DNA of 31,747 nucleotides from Gemmatimonadota bacterium (lineage in GTDB: Bacteria; Gemmatimonadota; Gemmatimonadetes; Gemmatimonadales; GWC2-71-9), in assembly GCA_029859185.1 (NCBI GenBank), contig JAOUDR010000001.1, positions 1 through 31,747 on the forward strand, in the 5' to 3' direction. The notes beneath the pieces are model-generated. The model had not been told where the DNA came from. It was given only the letters and a program-made list of their open reading frames with translations, and made no database searches. The translations under genes were made by a program, and so were the position numbers. Below, piece by piece: positions 7,963-18,198 of this stretch. Numbering within the stretch: the first letter of the stretch is position 1; each line of letters begins with the position of its first letter.

Positions 7963-8070
7963 CGAGCACGTAGGCGTCTTCTCCCTCCGTTTCCCCGTAT
8001 TGCAACCACTCGAGCGCGTCAGGAGTCTAACCCACCAGCGCCCCACGCGACGTCTCCGAGGAGCGGTTGC

Positions 8071-10479
8071 ATGAGCCTCACGAGCGACATCCGCCACACC
8101 CTGCGTTCCCTCCGCCTGGAACCCGGGTTCACCGCCGTTGCGGTCCTGACCCTGGCCCTCGGCGTCGGGGCAAACACCGCGGTGTTCAGCGTGCTGAACA
8201 GCGTGATTCTCGCTCCGCTCCCCTTCGATCAGCCCGAGCGCCTGGTCCGCATCTACACGGCCTCCCGGGACGAGGGGTCCCAACGGTTCTTCCACACCGT
8301 TCCTGACATCCTCGACGTGCGGGAGCAGGTGGACGCTTTTGCGTCGGTCGGCATCATGTACACCTACCGAGAGGTCGGCCGAGACCTGACGGCGGGCGGT
8401 GGCACCCAACGCGTGCGGGTCGTCCCGGTGAGCGCCGACTACTTCCGGACCCTGCGGGCAACCCCATTGCTGGGCCGGGTCTTCACGCCCGACGAAGAGC
8501 AGGGGGAGGTTCGCCGTATCCTGCTGAGCCACGCGCTCTGGTCGAGCTTCACCGGTCGCGACCCCGACATCGTGGGTCGGACCATCGAGGTCGATGGCGA
8601 AGCGTACGAAGTGATCGGGGTCCTGCGACCGAGTTTCCTGGACGTCGTCACCGGCGAAGCGGCCGCCTGGGTGCCCCTGACCCTGGAGCGCGCCGGGAAC
8701 TCCCGCGACAATCACTATCTCTCCGCCATCGGCCGGCTGGCGCCCGGCATCCCCATCGAGCAGGCGCAGGCGCAGGTGGACGCGGTGATGACTCGGCTGG
8801 AACGGGAGTTTCCCACTACCAACGAGCGGCGCACGATGCGCTTGGTGCCCCTGCATGACGATGTCGTCGGCGCCTCCACCACCGCGCTCTACGTGCTCAT
8901 GGGCGCCGCCGGTCTGGTCCTGCTGATCGCGTGCCTCAACGTCGCCAACCTGTTCCTGGCGCGCAGCATCGCCCGGACCAAAGAGACGGCCATCCGGACG
9001 GCGCTGGGCGCCGGCCGGTTGCGTCTCGTGGGTCAGCGGCTGTTCGAGAGCCTCTTCGTGGCGTTCGCCGGCGGGCTGGTGGGATCGGCGGTGGCGTACT
9101 GGGGTGTCAAGTTCCTGCTGGCCGTGAGCCCCGAGTCACTCGCGCGGGCCGAGGAAGTGGGGTTCGATCCATCCCTGCTCGGATTCGCCGTCGCCACCAC
9201 GCTCGTCACGGGTGTGCTCTTTGGCGCCGCCCCAGCCATCCGCGCCTCCCGCACCGACCCCGCGGACGCGCTCCACGAGGGCGCGCGCGGCAATAGCGGC
9301 GGCCGCGGGAGTCGCCGGGCCCGGAGCGTGTTGGTCGCGTGCCAGGTGTCGGTGGCGCTCATCCTGCTCGTGGGCGCGGGAACGCTCATCCGATCGTTCG
9401 TCGCGCTGCAGCACGTGGACCTGGGCTTCGAGCCCAACAACGTCGCGACGTTCGAGGTCAATCTCGGGACCGCGCGGTACGAGGACCCCGAGCGGCGCGT
9501 TCAGTTGCATGCGGCGCTGCATGACCGGCTGCGCTCGCAGCCCGGGGTGAACTACGTGGGCGCGACGTCCTGGCTGCCGGCCAATGGACATTACCACGAG
9601 TGGGGCTACGGCTATCTCGACGACGCGGGGCAGCGGCAGTGGACGTCCGCCATGATCCGGGTCATCGATGGCGACTACTTCGAGGCGCTCGGCATCCCGC
9701 TGCTTCGCGGGCGGGGGTTCGCGACCAACGATCGTCTCGACACGGAGGATGTCGCCCTGATCGGCCGGTCACTCGCGGATCGCGTGTACGGCGCCCGGGA
9801 TCCCCTCGGACAGCCATTCCGGACCGGCGGCAAGGATTTCACGGTGATCGGCGTCGTGGGCGACGTCGCCGCCGAGGCGAACGGCACCCCGTTCGACATG
9901 ATCTATCTCAGTCACGACCAGTTTGCCGACGATCGTACCTGGGCGCTGACGTACGTCGTCAGCACGAGCATCCCGTCCGAGCAGATCATCGAGCCCGCGC
10001 GACGGTCGCTGGCGGCCATCGACCCCACGCTCGTCCTGTATCACCCACGATCCATGAGTGACGTGCTCGCACGCCACCGCGCCCGCGATCGGTTCACCCT
10101 GCTCTTGATGGCGACGTTCGCCGCGGTCGCGCTGAGCCTGGCAGCGGTAGGCGTGTATGGCGTGCTGGCGTACGCCGTCACGCAGCGCACGCACGAGATC
10201 GGGGTGCGGATGGCGCTGGGTGCGCAGCCTGGACAGGTGCGCGCCATCGTGTTGCGCCAGGCGATTCTCGTTGCGGGGATCGGGATGATCCTCGGCCTGG
10301 GTGGTGCACTCGCGCTGAGCCGCCTGCTGGGGTCCCTCGTGTTCGGTGTCAGCACCCGCGACCCGCTCGTGTTTGCGGGTGTCGCCCTCACCTTGAGCGC
10401 GGTGGTGCTCGCGGCGGGGTACGTCCCGGCGCGCCGAGCAACGCGGGTGGATCCCCTCGAGGCGCTGCGCGGCGAGTAG
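8071..10479 (+). CDS. ABC transporter permease, duplicated MacB/FtsX (ADOP-type)
   Basis: FTAVAVLTLALGVGANTAVFSVLNSV, LLIACLNVANLFLAR, ETAIRTALGAGR, QRTHEIGVRMALGAQ, PARRATRVDPLEALR. Confidence 0.95.
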   Translation: MSLTSDIRHTLRSLRLEPGFTAVAVLTLALGVGANTAVFSVLNSVILAPLPFDQPERLVRIYTASRDEGSQRFFHTVPDILDVREQVDAFASVGIMYTYREVGRDLTAGGGTQRVRVVPVSADYFRTLRATPLLGRVFTPDEEQGEVRRILLSHALWSSFTGRDPDIVGRTIEVDGEAYEVIGVLRPSFLDVVTGEAAAWVPLTLERAGNSRDNHYLSAIGRLAPGIPIEQAQAQVDAVMTRLEREFPTTNERRTMRLVPLHDDVVGASTTALYVLMGAAGLVLLIACLNVANLFLARSIARTKETAIRTALGAGRLRLVGQRLFESLFVAFAGGLVGSAVAYWGVKFLLAVSPESLARAEEVGFDPSLLGFAVATTLVTGVLFGAAPAIRASRTDPADALHEGARGNSGGRGSRRARSVLVACQVSVALILLVGAGTLIRSFVALQHVDLGFEPNNVATFEVNLGTARYEDPERRVQLHAALHDRLRSQPGVNYVGATSWLPANGHYHEWGYGYLDDAGQRQWTSAMIRVIDGDYFEALGIPLLRGRGFATNDRLDTEDVALIGRSLADRVYGARDPLGQPFRTGGKDFTVIGVVGDVAAEANGTPFDMIYLSHDQFADDRTWALTYVVSTSIPSEQIIEPARRSLAAIDPTLVLYHPRSMSDVLARHRARDRFTLLLMATFAAVALSLAAVGVYGVLAYAVTQRTHEIGVRMALGAQPGQVRAIVLRQAILVAGIGMILGLGGALALSRLLGSLVFGVSTRDPLVFAGVALTLSAVVLAAGYVPARRATRVDPLEALRGE

Positions 10480-10518
10480 CCCGTCCGGCGGATGGGCGGG
10501 GTAGTCCTGCGTTGGGAC

Positions 10519-10544
10519 TTGACAAAGCACGAACGTTCGTGCTT
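10519..10544 (+). promoter_or_regulatory. TTGACA -35 box followed by a perfect 20-bp palindrome AAGCACGAACGTTCGTGCTT (TetR operator candidate)
   Basis: TTGACA at 10519-10524; palindrome at 10525-10544, 9 nt before the TetR ATG. Confidence 0.8.
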
Positions 10545-10553
10545 ATTCATTCT

Positions 10554-11159
10554 ATGACAAAAGGCACCGATACCCGCACGACGATCCTCGATGAGGCTGC
10601 TAACCTCGCGAGTATCAATGGTTTGAACGGGCTCACGATCGGGACACTAGCGGCCCACACCGGCATGTCCAAGAGCGGCCTGTTCCGCCACTTCGGGTCG
10701 AAGGAAGACCTCCAGGTCGCGACGCTCCGGGCTGGGGTGGACCGGTTCACGGAGACCGTGATCCGCCCTGCCCTCAAGGCCCCGCGGGGCCAGGCGCGCG
10801 TGCGGGCGCTGTTTGACCGCTGGCTCGAGTGGGGCACCGGCCACGGGCTTGCGGGTGGCTGCATCTTCATCCCCGCGTCCTTCGAGCTGGACGATCAGCC
10901 CGGCACGGCCCGCGATTACCTGGTGACTACCCAACAGGACTGGCTCGACCTGCTGGCTACCACCGCGCGGAAGGCGGTCGAAGCGGGCGACTTCCGGCCC
11001 GACCTCGATACCGCCCAGTTCGCGTACGAGTTCAACACCATCCTGCTCGGCTTCAATCAGGCCTATCGGTTGATGCGTGATCCGAAAGCCGCGGAACGCG
11101 CCCTTCTGCAGTACGAACGCCTCATCAAGGACGCGATCCATGCTGACCAGCTTGCGTAG
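10554..11159 (+). CDS. TetR/AcrR family transcriptional regulator
   Basis: TRTTILDEA...GLTIGTLAAHTGMSKSGLFRHFGSKEDL HTH; C-terminal GCIF and DLDTAQFAYE. Confidence 0.95.
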   Translation: MTKGTDTRTTILDEAANLASINGLNGLTIGTLAAHTGMSKSGLFRHFGSKEDLQVATLRAGVDRFTETVIRPALKAPRGQARVRALFDRWLEWGTGHGLAGGCIFIPASFELDDQPGTARDYLVTTQQDWLDLLATTARKAVEAGDFRPDLDTAQFAYEFNTILLGFNQAYRLMRDPKAAERALLQYERLIKDAIHADQLA

Positions 11160-11982
11160 AGCCGCCTTCCGCGCGTACGGCACCCTGTTCCCCGGCCACG
11201 CCATCCGGTGGTTCGAGCGCCAGATCCTCACGCCTCGACCCGCACCCGCCCTGGACCTGGCTGAACCGCGGGTGCCGCATGCCGTGCGCCGCGTTCCGTA
11301 CGGCAGTGGCTGGCTGAGCGTGACGGAATGGAGTTCGGGACCTGCGGTGTTGCTCGTGCACGGATGGGGCGGTCGCGCGCGCAGCTTCGATGGGTTCGTC
11401 GAACCGCTGGTCGCAGCCGGCTACCGCGTGGTCATGCTGGACCTTCCGGCCCATGGCACTTCGGACGGACGGCGCACCAACCTCATCGAATGCGCCGGCG
11501 CCGTGTTGCAGGTCGGCCGCGGGGCGGGGCCGCTGGCCGGCATCGTGACGCACTCGTTCGGCGGCCCGGTCACGGCCCTGGCCTGCCACCACGGTCTCCA
11601 CGCCGACCGCGTCGTCATGCTCGCACCCCCGCAATCCATGCCCAGTGTCTCACTGCCGGTGGGCGACTGGTTGGGGCTCCCGCGTGCGGTCTCGGAAGCC
11701 GTGATGGACGGGTTCGCCCGTCGGTTCCGGATCACGTGGGATGAGGTGCGAACCGATCGGCTCGTGGCTGAACTCGATGTGCCATTCCTCGTCGTGCATG
11801 ACGAGGATGACCGCATCGTCCCCTGGAGTCAGGGCGCGGCGGTGGCGCGCGGGGCCCCGCAGGGAATCCTGCACACCACCTCCGGCCTGGGTCATCGCGA
11901 CGTGCTGGTGGACCCGTCGGTGATCGCCGACGCCGTCGGATTCCTGACGGAGACGGCAGGTGCCGACCAGAAGGTCGCCTGA
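11140..11982 (+). CDS. Alpha/beta fold hydrolase
   Basis: VLLVHGWGG, LDLPAHGTS, nucleophile elbow THSFGG, acid VVHDEDD, His GLGHR; overlaps the TetR 3' end. Confidence 0.92.
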   Translation: MLTSLRRAAFRAYGTLFPGHAIRWFERQILTPRPAPALDLAEPRVPHAVRRVPYGSGWLSVTEWSSGPAVLLVHGWGGRARSFDGFVEPLVAAGYRVVMLDLPAHGTSDGRRTNLIECAGAVLQVGRGAGPLAGIVTHSFGGPVTALACHHGLHADRVVMLAPPQSMPSVSLPVGDWLGLPRAVSEAVMDGFARRFRITWDEVRTDRLVAELDVPFLVVHDEDDRIVPWSQGAAVARGAPQGILHTTSGLGHRDVLVDPSVIADAVGFLTETAGADQKVA

Positions 11983-12005
11983 AGAAACTGCGCAGCTGGG
12001 GTAGA

Positions 12006-12048
12006 AGCGGGAGGAGGGAGAGGACTCTTCGCTCCTCCCGCTCCTCCC
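12006..12048. terminator. Hairpin between convergent genes
   Basis: AGCGGGAGGAG (12006-12016) pairs perfectly with CTCCTCCCGCT (12032-12042); GCTCCTCCC is directly repeated; no U-tract. Confidence 0.6.
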
Positions 12049-12058
12049 ACACCTCTCC

Positions 12059-12484
12059 TTACACCGGCCAGTCGCGGAGAATCCGCTCCGTCTCCTCGGA
12101 GTGCCCGCTCTCGTCGCGCACCATGTCCTCGAGCTGCACCATCAGGCCCTTGTCGCCAATCGCCTCTGCATCGAGGGCGCGCTGCGTGTAGTCCTTGGTG
12201 GCACGCTGCTCCGCCGCGAGTACGGCCTCGAGCATCTCCCGGTTCGTGGCCGCCGCCGGCACGGGGCGCGGCTGCGTGGTGGGTTCACCGCCCAGCGCCA
12301 CGATCTTGTTGGCCAGGAACTGCGCGTGCAACCGCTCGTCCGCCACCTCCGCCAGGAAGAACTGCGTCAGCTGCGGCCGATAGGGACCGGTGGCCTTGGC
12401 TGCATAGGTCAGATACTGAATGATGGCGCCGAACTCGCCAGACAGGTCCTCATTCAGACGCTTGATCAGCTCTTTCTTGGTCAT
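12059..12484 (-). CDS. Ferritin-like / bacterioferritin-like domain protein
   Basis: LNEDLSGEFGAIIQY, EVADERLHA, EQRATKDY, DESGH: four-helix di-iron ligand pattern. ATG 12484 has GAGGA at suitable spacing. Confidence 0.88.
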   Translation of the reverse strand: MTKKELIKRLNEDLSGEFGAIIQYLTYAAKATGPYRPQLTQFFLAEVADERLHAQFLANKIVALGGEPTTQPRPVPAAATNREMLEAVLAAEQRATKDYTQRALDAEAIGDKGLMVQLEDMVRDESGHSEETERILRDWPV

Positions 12485-12600
12485 GTCCATTCCTCTTGAA
12501 GCCTCTAACCCGACACATTGGTGATCTTCCAACAACGCGGTAGACCTGGCGTGGAGTACCGGTTTCTCCCTACCCCCTCGGCTTCGCCCGGCTCAGGGGC

Positions 12601-12606
12601 TATCCT
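12601..12606 (+). promoter_or_regulatory. -10 box TATCCT six nt before the DUF1684 ATG (leaderless-type promoter)
   Basis: TANNNT hexamer followed by ACGGAC-ATG; no Shine-Dalgarno. Confidence 0.45.
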
Positions 12607-12612
12607 ACGGAC

Positions 12613-13413
12613 ATGAGGTTCCCAGCCCTCATCCTCTTGTTGCCGACCGTCGCCGTGGCCCAGGCGCCGCCCGAGCTCGCCGCGGAGCGGGCAGACTTTG
12701 CCCGTTGGCTCCAGACGGCGCCGGGTTCACCCTTCGCCGCCATCTATCATCAGCCGTTCGCCGACGACCTCGTGTTCGGCCCAGGCGGCGAGCCGGGCCT
12801 CGAGGGTCTCCCGTCGGCCACGCTGAGCCAGGGGCTGCTGCGGCTCTCGCTCGAGAGCGCGGACGGCAGCCGCGGCGTGCCGCGGAACCGGGATGTGTCG
12901 CTCGGAGCGGAGTGGCGTCTCCGTGTCACCGGCGACCGCGGGCGCAGCGTCGTGACCGTGTTCGGCCCTGTGCGCGAGCCGAAGATCCCCGGCTGGTATG
13001 CGTATGACAGCACGGTGGTGGTGGAGGGGACGCTGGAGCCGCCCCCCAAGCGGGCGTCACGCCGCATGCTCGGGCTGGACGGGGTCGAGGTCGAGGGATC
13101 GCACGCGGGCACGTGGGTCGGCCACGTGGCGGACCAGGACGTGCGCCTGACGGTCTACCGCATGCCCGAGCCGGGCACCGCGGAAGCGGATCTCATGATC
13201 TTTTTCCGGGACGCCACGAATGGCCGGGGTACCTACCCCGCCGGCCGGTTTCTCGCCCTGCGGCCGCAGGGCGGCAACCGCTACCGCGCGGACTTCAATC
13301 GTGCGCGGAACCCCTTCTGTGCCTACAACGGGATCTTCCCCTGCCCCGCGCAGTGGCCGGGCAACGCCATCGACTCGGCCGTGGAGGCCGGTGAACGGTA
13401 CCTGAGCCCATGA
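12613..13413 (+). CDS. DUF1684 domain-containing exported protein
   Basis: Signal peptide; FFRDATNGRGTYPAGRFL and DFNRARNPFCAY...CP...N...VEAGE are hallmark DUF1684 motifs. Confidence 0.88.
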   Translation: MRFPALILLLPTVAVAQAPPELAAERADFARWLQTAPGSPFAAIYHQPFADDLVFGPGGEPGLEGLPSATLSQGLLRLSLESADGSRGVPRNRDVSLGAEWRLRVTGDRGRSVVTVFGPVREPKIPGWYAYDSTVVVEGTLEPPPKRASRRMLGLDGVEVEGSHAGTWVGHVADQDVRLTVYRMPEPGTAEADLMIFFRDATNGRGTYPAGRFLALRPQGGNRYRADFNRARNPFCAYNGIFPCPAQWPGNAIDSAVEAGERYLSP

Positions 13414-14630
13414 CACGGTTCACGCGCGGCGCCGGGCTGCTCGCGATCGCCGGAGCCGTGGCGGCACCTGCGGCACGCGCCCAGGACGCGCGGGCAGCGG
13501 TTGCCGGCGAGTGGCGCGCGGCGCTCGACCTCGCCGGCGGCGAGTTGCGCTTCCGTCTGCAACTCGACGGTGCCGAGGGCGTGCTCTGCAATGCCGGAAC
13601 CTGTCAGCCGTTCTCGGCGGTCACCGGAGTTCCCGGTGCCGCCGACTCGGTGGTCCTCGACATGGCGGACTACGCGGCGGCCATCCGGGCACGTGTCTTG
13701 GGCGACTCACTGGTGGGGTTCTACCGGAACGTGGGGAACCGCGGGCCGCGTACCATCCCATTCCGTGCCTCACGGGGCACCTGGCCGGCGGAGCCGCCGT
13801 CAGCGGCACTGATTGGAACCTGGGATGCCACGTTCAATCCGCTCGAACGGCCGAGTCCGCGGGTGATCGAGTTGCGCGCCACGGAGCGCGGCCTCGAGGG
13901 AACGATCATCTCGAACAGCGGTGACTACGGGGTCTTCTGGGGCGACGCCGCCGAGGGGTCGTTCGACATGGCCCATTTCGACGGCTCGTTCGTGTACATG
14001 CTGACCGGTACGCTCGACGGTGACACGCTCCGCGGCACGTTCCACGCCGGCCTGCGCACCCAGACACCCTTCGTGGCGGTGCGCTCCACGGGTCGCCCGC
14101 ACCTCACGCCGCCCACCGAGGTCGTGCGCGCCGACACGACCGGGCCGTTCACGTTCGCGTTTCCGAGCGTGGATGGCACCATGGTCTCGAGCGATGACCC
14201 GCGGTTTCGCGACAAGGTCGTCATCGTGGAGATCTTCGGCACCTGGTGTCCCACCTGCCACGAATCCGCGCCCGCGATGGTCGCCCTCTACGAACGCTAC
14301 CGTGATCGCGGCCTCGAGATCGTCGGGATGGCTTACGAGGTCACGGGCGACTCCGCGGTGGATGGCGCGATCGTGCGCCGCTATCGGGACAAGTTCGGGA
14401 TCACGTTCCCGCTGCTGCTCGCCGGCGTGAACGACGGCACGAGTGCCGGCGAGACCCAGCCACAGCTCGCGGGCCCCATCGCGTTTCCCACGACGATCTT
14501 CCTGGACCGCACGGGGCGCGTGCGGAAAGTCCACGCCGGGTTCTACGGACCCGCGACGGGGACCGCGCACGAAGCGTTGTTGCGGGATTTCAGGGAGACG
14601 GTGGAGGGACTGCTGGCGGAAGGCCGCTAA
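13410..14630 (+). CDS. Exported TlpA-family thiol-disulfide oxidoreductase with N-terminal beta-rich domains
   Basis: Signal peptide ARA/Q; FRDKVVIVEIFGTWCPTC active site; cis-Pro motif IAFPTTIFLDRTGRV. ATGA overlap with DUF1684. Confidence 0.9.
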   Translation: MTRFTRGAGLLAIAGAVAAPAARAQDARAAVAGEWRAALDLAGGELRFRLQLDGAEGVLCNAGTCQPFSAVTGVPGAADSVVLDMADYAAAIRARVLGDSLVGFYRNVGNRGPRTIPFRASRGTWPAEPPSAALIGTWDATFNPLERPSPRVIELRATERGLEGTIISNSGDYGVFWGDAAEGSFDMAHFDGSFVYMLTGTLDGDTLRGTFHAGLRTQTPFVAVRSTGRPHLTPPTEVVRADTTGPFTFAFPSVDGTMVSSDDPRFRDKVVIVEIFGTWCPTCHESAPAMVALYERYRDRGLEIVGMAYEVTGDSAVDGAIVRRYRDKFGITFPLLLAGVNDGTSAGETQPQLAGPIAFPTTIFLDRTGRVRKVHAGFYGPATGTAHEALLRDFRETVEGLLAEGR

Positions 14631-14641
14631 CCATGCGAACG

Positions 14642-14740
14642 GTAGGGGCGACCCGTCGGGTCGCCCCTACCGTTACCCCGCTGGCGGCACGCCGCAATCC
14701 GTAGGGGCGACCCGCCGGGTCGCCCCTACGGTTACCCCGC
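14642..14740. repeat. Doublet of GTAG-type REP-like palindromes
   Basis: GTAGGGGCGACCC-N3-GGGTCGCCCCTAC at 14642-14670 and 14701-14729, each followed by (C/G)GTTACCCCGC; period 59 nt; between convergent genes. Confidence 0.9.
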
Positions 14741-14742
14741 CG

Positions 14743-15522
14743 TCAGCCCGCGCCGCCGGCCGGCGCCTCGACCTCCATGCCTTTCCCCAACGTCGCCCGG
14801 ATCAGGTCGCGGTTGAGCCGAGCGATGAAGTCGAGACTGATGCCCTTGGGGCACGCCGCCTCGCACGAGCCGTGATTCGTGCAGCTGCCGAAGCCTTCTT
14901 CATCCATCGTCCCCACCATGTCGAGCACGCGCGAGAACCGCTCCGGCTGGCCCTGGGGTAGCAGTCCGAGATGCGAGATCTTGGCCGCGGTGAACAGCAT
15001 GGCACTGCCGTTGGGACACGCCGCGACGCAGGCACCGCACCCGATACAGGCCGCGGCGTCCATCGCGGAGTCGGCGTCACGCTTGGGAATCGGCACCGCG
15101 TTCGCGTCCGGCGCCGCGCCGGTCCGGATCGAGATGTAGCCACCGGCCTGAATGATCCGGTCGAACGCGCTCCGGTCCACTACGAGGTCCTTCAGTACCG
15201 GGAACGCCCTCGCCCGCCACGGCTCCAGCCAGATGTCGTCGCCGTCCTTGAAGCTCCGCATGTGGAGCTGGCAGGCGGTGACTCGCTGCACCGGACCGTG
15301 CGGGCGCCCGTTGATCACCATGCCGCACGAACCACAGATGCCTTCCCGGCAGTCGTGCTCGAAGGCGATGGGATCCTTCCCCTGCTCGATCAGCCGGTTG
15401 TTCAACACGTCGAGCATTTCCAGGAACGACATGTGTTCGTCGGCGTCCGGCATATCGTACCGCTCGAACCGCCCGGATGGAGATCCGCTCGCCTGACGCC
15501 AGACGTGGAGAGTGAGGCGCAT
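14743..15522 (-). CDS. sdhB: Succinate dehydrogenase/fumarate reductase iron-sulfur subunit
   Basis: [10 protein letters not shown]...[12 protein letters not shown] and [12 protein letters not shown] clusters; ATG overlaps the sdhA TAA. Confidence 0.97.
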   Translation of the reverse strand: MRLTLHVWRQASGSPSGRFERYDMPDADEHMSFLEMLDVLNNRLIEQGKDPIAFEHDCREGICGSCGMVINGRPHGPVQRVTACQLHMRSFKDGDDIWLEPWRARAFPVLKDLVVDRSAFDRIIQAGGYISIRTGAAPDANAVPIPKRDADSAMDAAACIGCGACVAACPNGSAMLFTAAKISHLGLLPQGQPERFSRVLDMVGTMDEEGFGSCTNHGSCEAACPKGISLDFIARLNRDLIRATLGKGMEVEAPAGGAG

Positions 15523-17435
15523 TACTTGTAACTCCGCGTCGCGAGGTGTACATACTCGAAGGCCAGCGGCTCCTTGTGGAGCGCGGGTGTCGCATTCGGA
15601 CCCTGGTACGCCCACGCAGCCACGTGCGCGAACTGCTCGTCGTCGCGCTTGGCCTCGCCGTCGGGCGTCTGGTGCTCTTCGCGGAAATGGCCGCCGCAGG
15701 ACTCGTCCCGCCCGAGCGCGTCGAGGCACATCAATTCGGCGAACTCGAGGAAGTCGGCCACGCGACCCGCCTTTTCTAACTCCTGATTGAGCTCCAGCCC
15801 GCTGCCCGGCACACGCACATCCGTCCAGAACTCCTCGCGGATCCGCGGGATCTCGGCCAGTGCCCGCTTGAGTCCGGTGGCGTTGCGCGCCATGCCGCAC
15901 TCGTTCCACATCACGCGGCCCAACTCGCGATGGAAGACATCCACGGTCCGCTTGCCATTCACCCCGAGGAGCCGCTGCGTGGTTTCCGCCGCCTGCGCTT
16001 CCGCCGCCTTGGCTTCCGGGACGTCAGCCGCGACCGATCCGGCCTTGTTCGACGTGAGGTACTCGCCGATCGTATACGGCAGCACGAAGTAGCCGTCGGC
16101 CAGCCCCTGCATCAGCGCGCTCGCGCCCAGCCGGTTGGCGCCGTGGTCCGAAAAATTGGCCTCGCCGATCACGAACAACCCCGGGAGCGTGCTCATGAGG
16201 TTGTAGTCCACCCAGAGTCCCCCCATCGTGTAGTGGGGTGCCGGGTAGATCCGCATCGGAACCTGATAGGGGTTCTCTCCCGTGATCTGCTGATACATGT
16301 CGAACAGGTTGCCGTACCGCTCGGCAATGACGTGCTGCCCCAGGCGCTGAATGGCATCCTGAAAATCCAGGTACACGCCGTTCTTCTCGACCCCCACCCC
16401 CTGCCCGTTGTCCACCATCTCCTTGGCCCGCCGCGACGACACGTCGCGCGGCGACAGGTTCCCGAAGCTGGGGTAGATGCGCTCCAGGTAGTAGTCGCGC
16501 TCGGCGTCAGGGATGTCCTTGGCCGCCCGGGTGTCGCCAGGCTGTTGTGGCACCCAGATGCGCCCGTCGTTCCGCAGCGACTCGCTCATCAGGGTGAGCT
16601 TGGACTGATAGTCGCCCGCCTGCGGAATGCAGGTGGGGTGAATCTGCGTGAAACACGGGTTGGCGAACGCCGCGCCGCGCCGATAGGCACGCCACGTGGC
16701 CGTGACGTTGCAGGCCTTGGCGTTGGTCGAGAGGAAGAAGACGTTGCTGTAGCCGCCCGTGCCCAGCGCCACGGCGTTCGCCATGTGCGAGCTGATCTTC
16801 CCCGTCACCATGTCCCGCACGACGATGCCGCGCGCGTGTCCGTCCACGACGATCACGTCCAGCATCTCGGAGCGCGGGTACATGGTCACCGTGCCGGCCG
16901 CGATCTGTCGCTCGAGCGCCGAGTACGCACCGAGCAGGAGTTGCTGACCCGTCTGGCCGCGCGCGTAGAACGTCCGCGACACCTGCGCCCCGCCGAACGA
17001 GCGGTTGGCGAGCAGGCCGCCGTACTCGCGGGCGAACGGCACGCCCTGCGCCACGCACTGGTCGATGATGTTCAGGCTCACCTGCGCGAGCCGGTAGACG
17101 TTCGCTTCGCGCGCGCGGAAGTCGCCACCCTTCACGGTGTCGTAGAACAGACGGTAGATGCTGTCGCCGTCGTTCTGGTAGTTTTTGGCGGCGTTGATCC
17201 CGCCCTGCGCGGCAATGCTGTGCGCGCGGCGCGGGCTGTCGTGGTACGTGAAGCACTTGACCTTGTAGCCCAGCTCGCCCAGCGTCGCGGCCGCGGCGGC
17301 ACCCGCAAGGCCGGACCCCACGACGATGATCTCGTATTTCCGCTTGTTGGCGGGGTTCACGAGCTTCAGATCGAAGCGGTGTTTGTCCCACTTCTGCTCG
17401 ATCGGCCCATCAGGTACTCGAGAGCGCAGTTCCAT
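15522..17435 (-). CDS. sdhA: Succinate dehydrogenase/fumarate reductase flavoprotein subunit
   Basis: [13 protein letters not shown] motif, [54 protein letters not shown]. Start trimmed to ATG 17435 (637 aa). Confidence 0.97.
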   Translation of the reverse strand: MELRSRVPDGPIEQKWDKHRFDLKLVNPANKRKYEIIVVGSGLAGAAAAATLGELGYKVKCFTYHDSPRRAHSIAAQGGINAAKNYQNDGDSIYRLFYDTVKGGDFRAREANVYRLAQVSLNIIDQCVAQGVPFAREYGGLLANRSFGGAQVSRTFYARGQTGQQLLLGAYSALERQIAAGTVTMYPRSEMLDVIVVDGHARGIVVRDMVTGKISSHMANAVALGTGGYSNVFFLSTNAKACNVTATWRAYRRGAAFANPCFTQIHPTCIPQAGDYQSKLTLMSESLRNDGRIWVPQQPGDTRAAKDIPDAERDYYLERIYPSFGNLSPRDVSSRRAKEMVDNGQGVGVEKNGVYLDFQDAIQRLGQHVIAERYGNLFDMYQQITGENPYQVPMRIYPAPHYTMGGLWVDYNLMSTLPGLFVIGEANFSDHGANRLGASALMQGLADGYFVLPYTIGEYLTSNKAGSVAADVPEAKAAEAQAAETTQRLLGVNGKRTVDVFHRELGRVMWNECGMARNATGLKRALAEIPRIREEFWTDVRVPGSGLELNQELEKAGRVADFLEFAELMCLDALGRDESCGGHFREEHQTPDGEAKRDDEQFAHVAAWAYQGPNATPALHKEPLAFEYVHLATRSYK

Positions 17436-17446
17436 CTCCCCTGCCC

Positions 17447-18124
17447 TCACTTCAGCACGCCGAGCTGCACGGCAACCGGCACCGTCGCGAACCCAACGAG
17501 CAGGACGATAGCGAGGACGGCCGCGATTCCGCGCCGCCACGAGTTGTACTTCGGGTGGTTGAGTCCGAGAGTCTGCAATGCGCTCCACGTGCCATGATAC
17601 AGGTGCAGCGCGAGGACGAACACGGCAATGACGTACGCGGCGGCGGCCGTCGTGCTCTCGAACCCCACCACCAAGTTGTGGTACGCGTCCCCCGGGATGA
17701 AGTCCGGGTTTACGTTCCCGATGGTGAGATGCATGAGGTGATATACGACGTAGCCGCCAATCAGCAGCCCACCCCAGCGCATGGTGAGCGAGGCCGCGGT
17801 GGTTTGGAGATACGGGGTCTTTTCGTACCCGATCGGGCGCGCGCGATTCGACACCAGCCAGAGCTGAATACCGAAGAACGCGTGGATCAGCACCGAGCCC
17901 AGGAGGACGATCCGGAACAGCCACAGCGCCTGTCCGTGTCCGAAGAACGGCGCACCGAGCGCGCGCAGCGCTTCAGCGTAGGTGTTGAAGTACTCCGCCC
18001 CCATGAACGCCTTGAGATTGCCGATCATGTGGACGACCACGAAGCCGAGCAAGACGAAGCCCGTGATCGCCATCAGCACCTTCTTGCCGACGGTCGAACG
18101 ATAGAAGGCCGAGACCCGAGCCAT
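17447..18124 (-). CDS. sdhC: Succinate dehydrogenase cytochrome b558 membrane anchor
   Basis: [34 protein letters not shown]...QTLG; five TM segments; first gene of sdhCAB. Confidence 0.95.
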   Translation of the reverse strand: MARVSAFYRSTVGKKVLMAITGFVLLGFVVVHMIGNLKAFMGAEYFNTYAEALRALGAPFFGHGQALWLFRIVLLGSVLIHAFFGIQLWLVSNRARPIGYEKTPYLQTTAASLTMRWGGLLIGGYVVYHLMHLTIGNVNPDFIPGDAYHNLVVGFESTTAAAAYVIAVFVLALHLYHGTWSALQTLGLNHPKYNSWRRGIAAVLAIVLLVGFATVPVAVQLGVLK

Positions 18125-18198
18125 TGCGTCTCCGAGCGCGACGAAGAGGAAAGCGAACGCCGGAGTCTACAATTGCGTTACGCGGGGGGGCAAGCGCC

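Noticed and set aside
12574-12599. Small hairpin CCCCTCGGCTTCGCCCGGCTCAGGGG as an ncRNA or iron-responsive element
   Set aside because: Short, imperfect and single-copy here; not enough evidence to assign a function.
14242-14262. CPTCH in the TlpA protein as a CXXCH heme-binding motif
   Set aside because: It is the WCXXC active site of a thioredoxin fold with the downstream cis-Pro motif FPTT; the His is incidental.
15523-17924. ORF-track extensions of sdhB (to 15909) and sdhA (to 17924)
   Set aside because: They overlap sdhA and sdhC; family-typical starts exist at 15522 and 17435.
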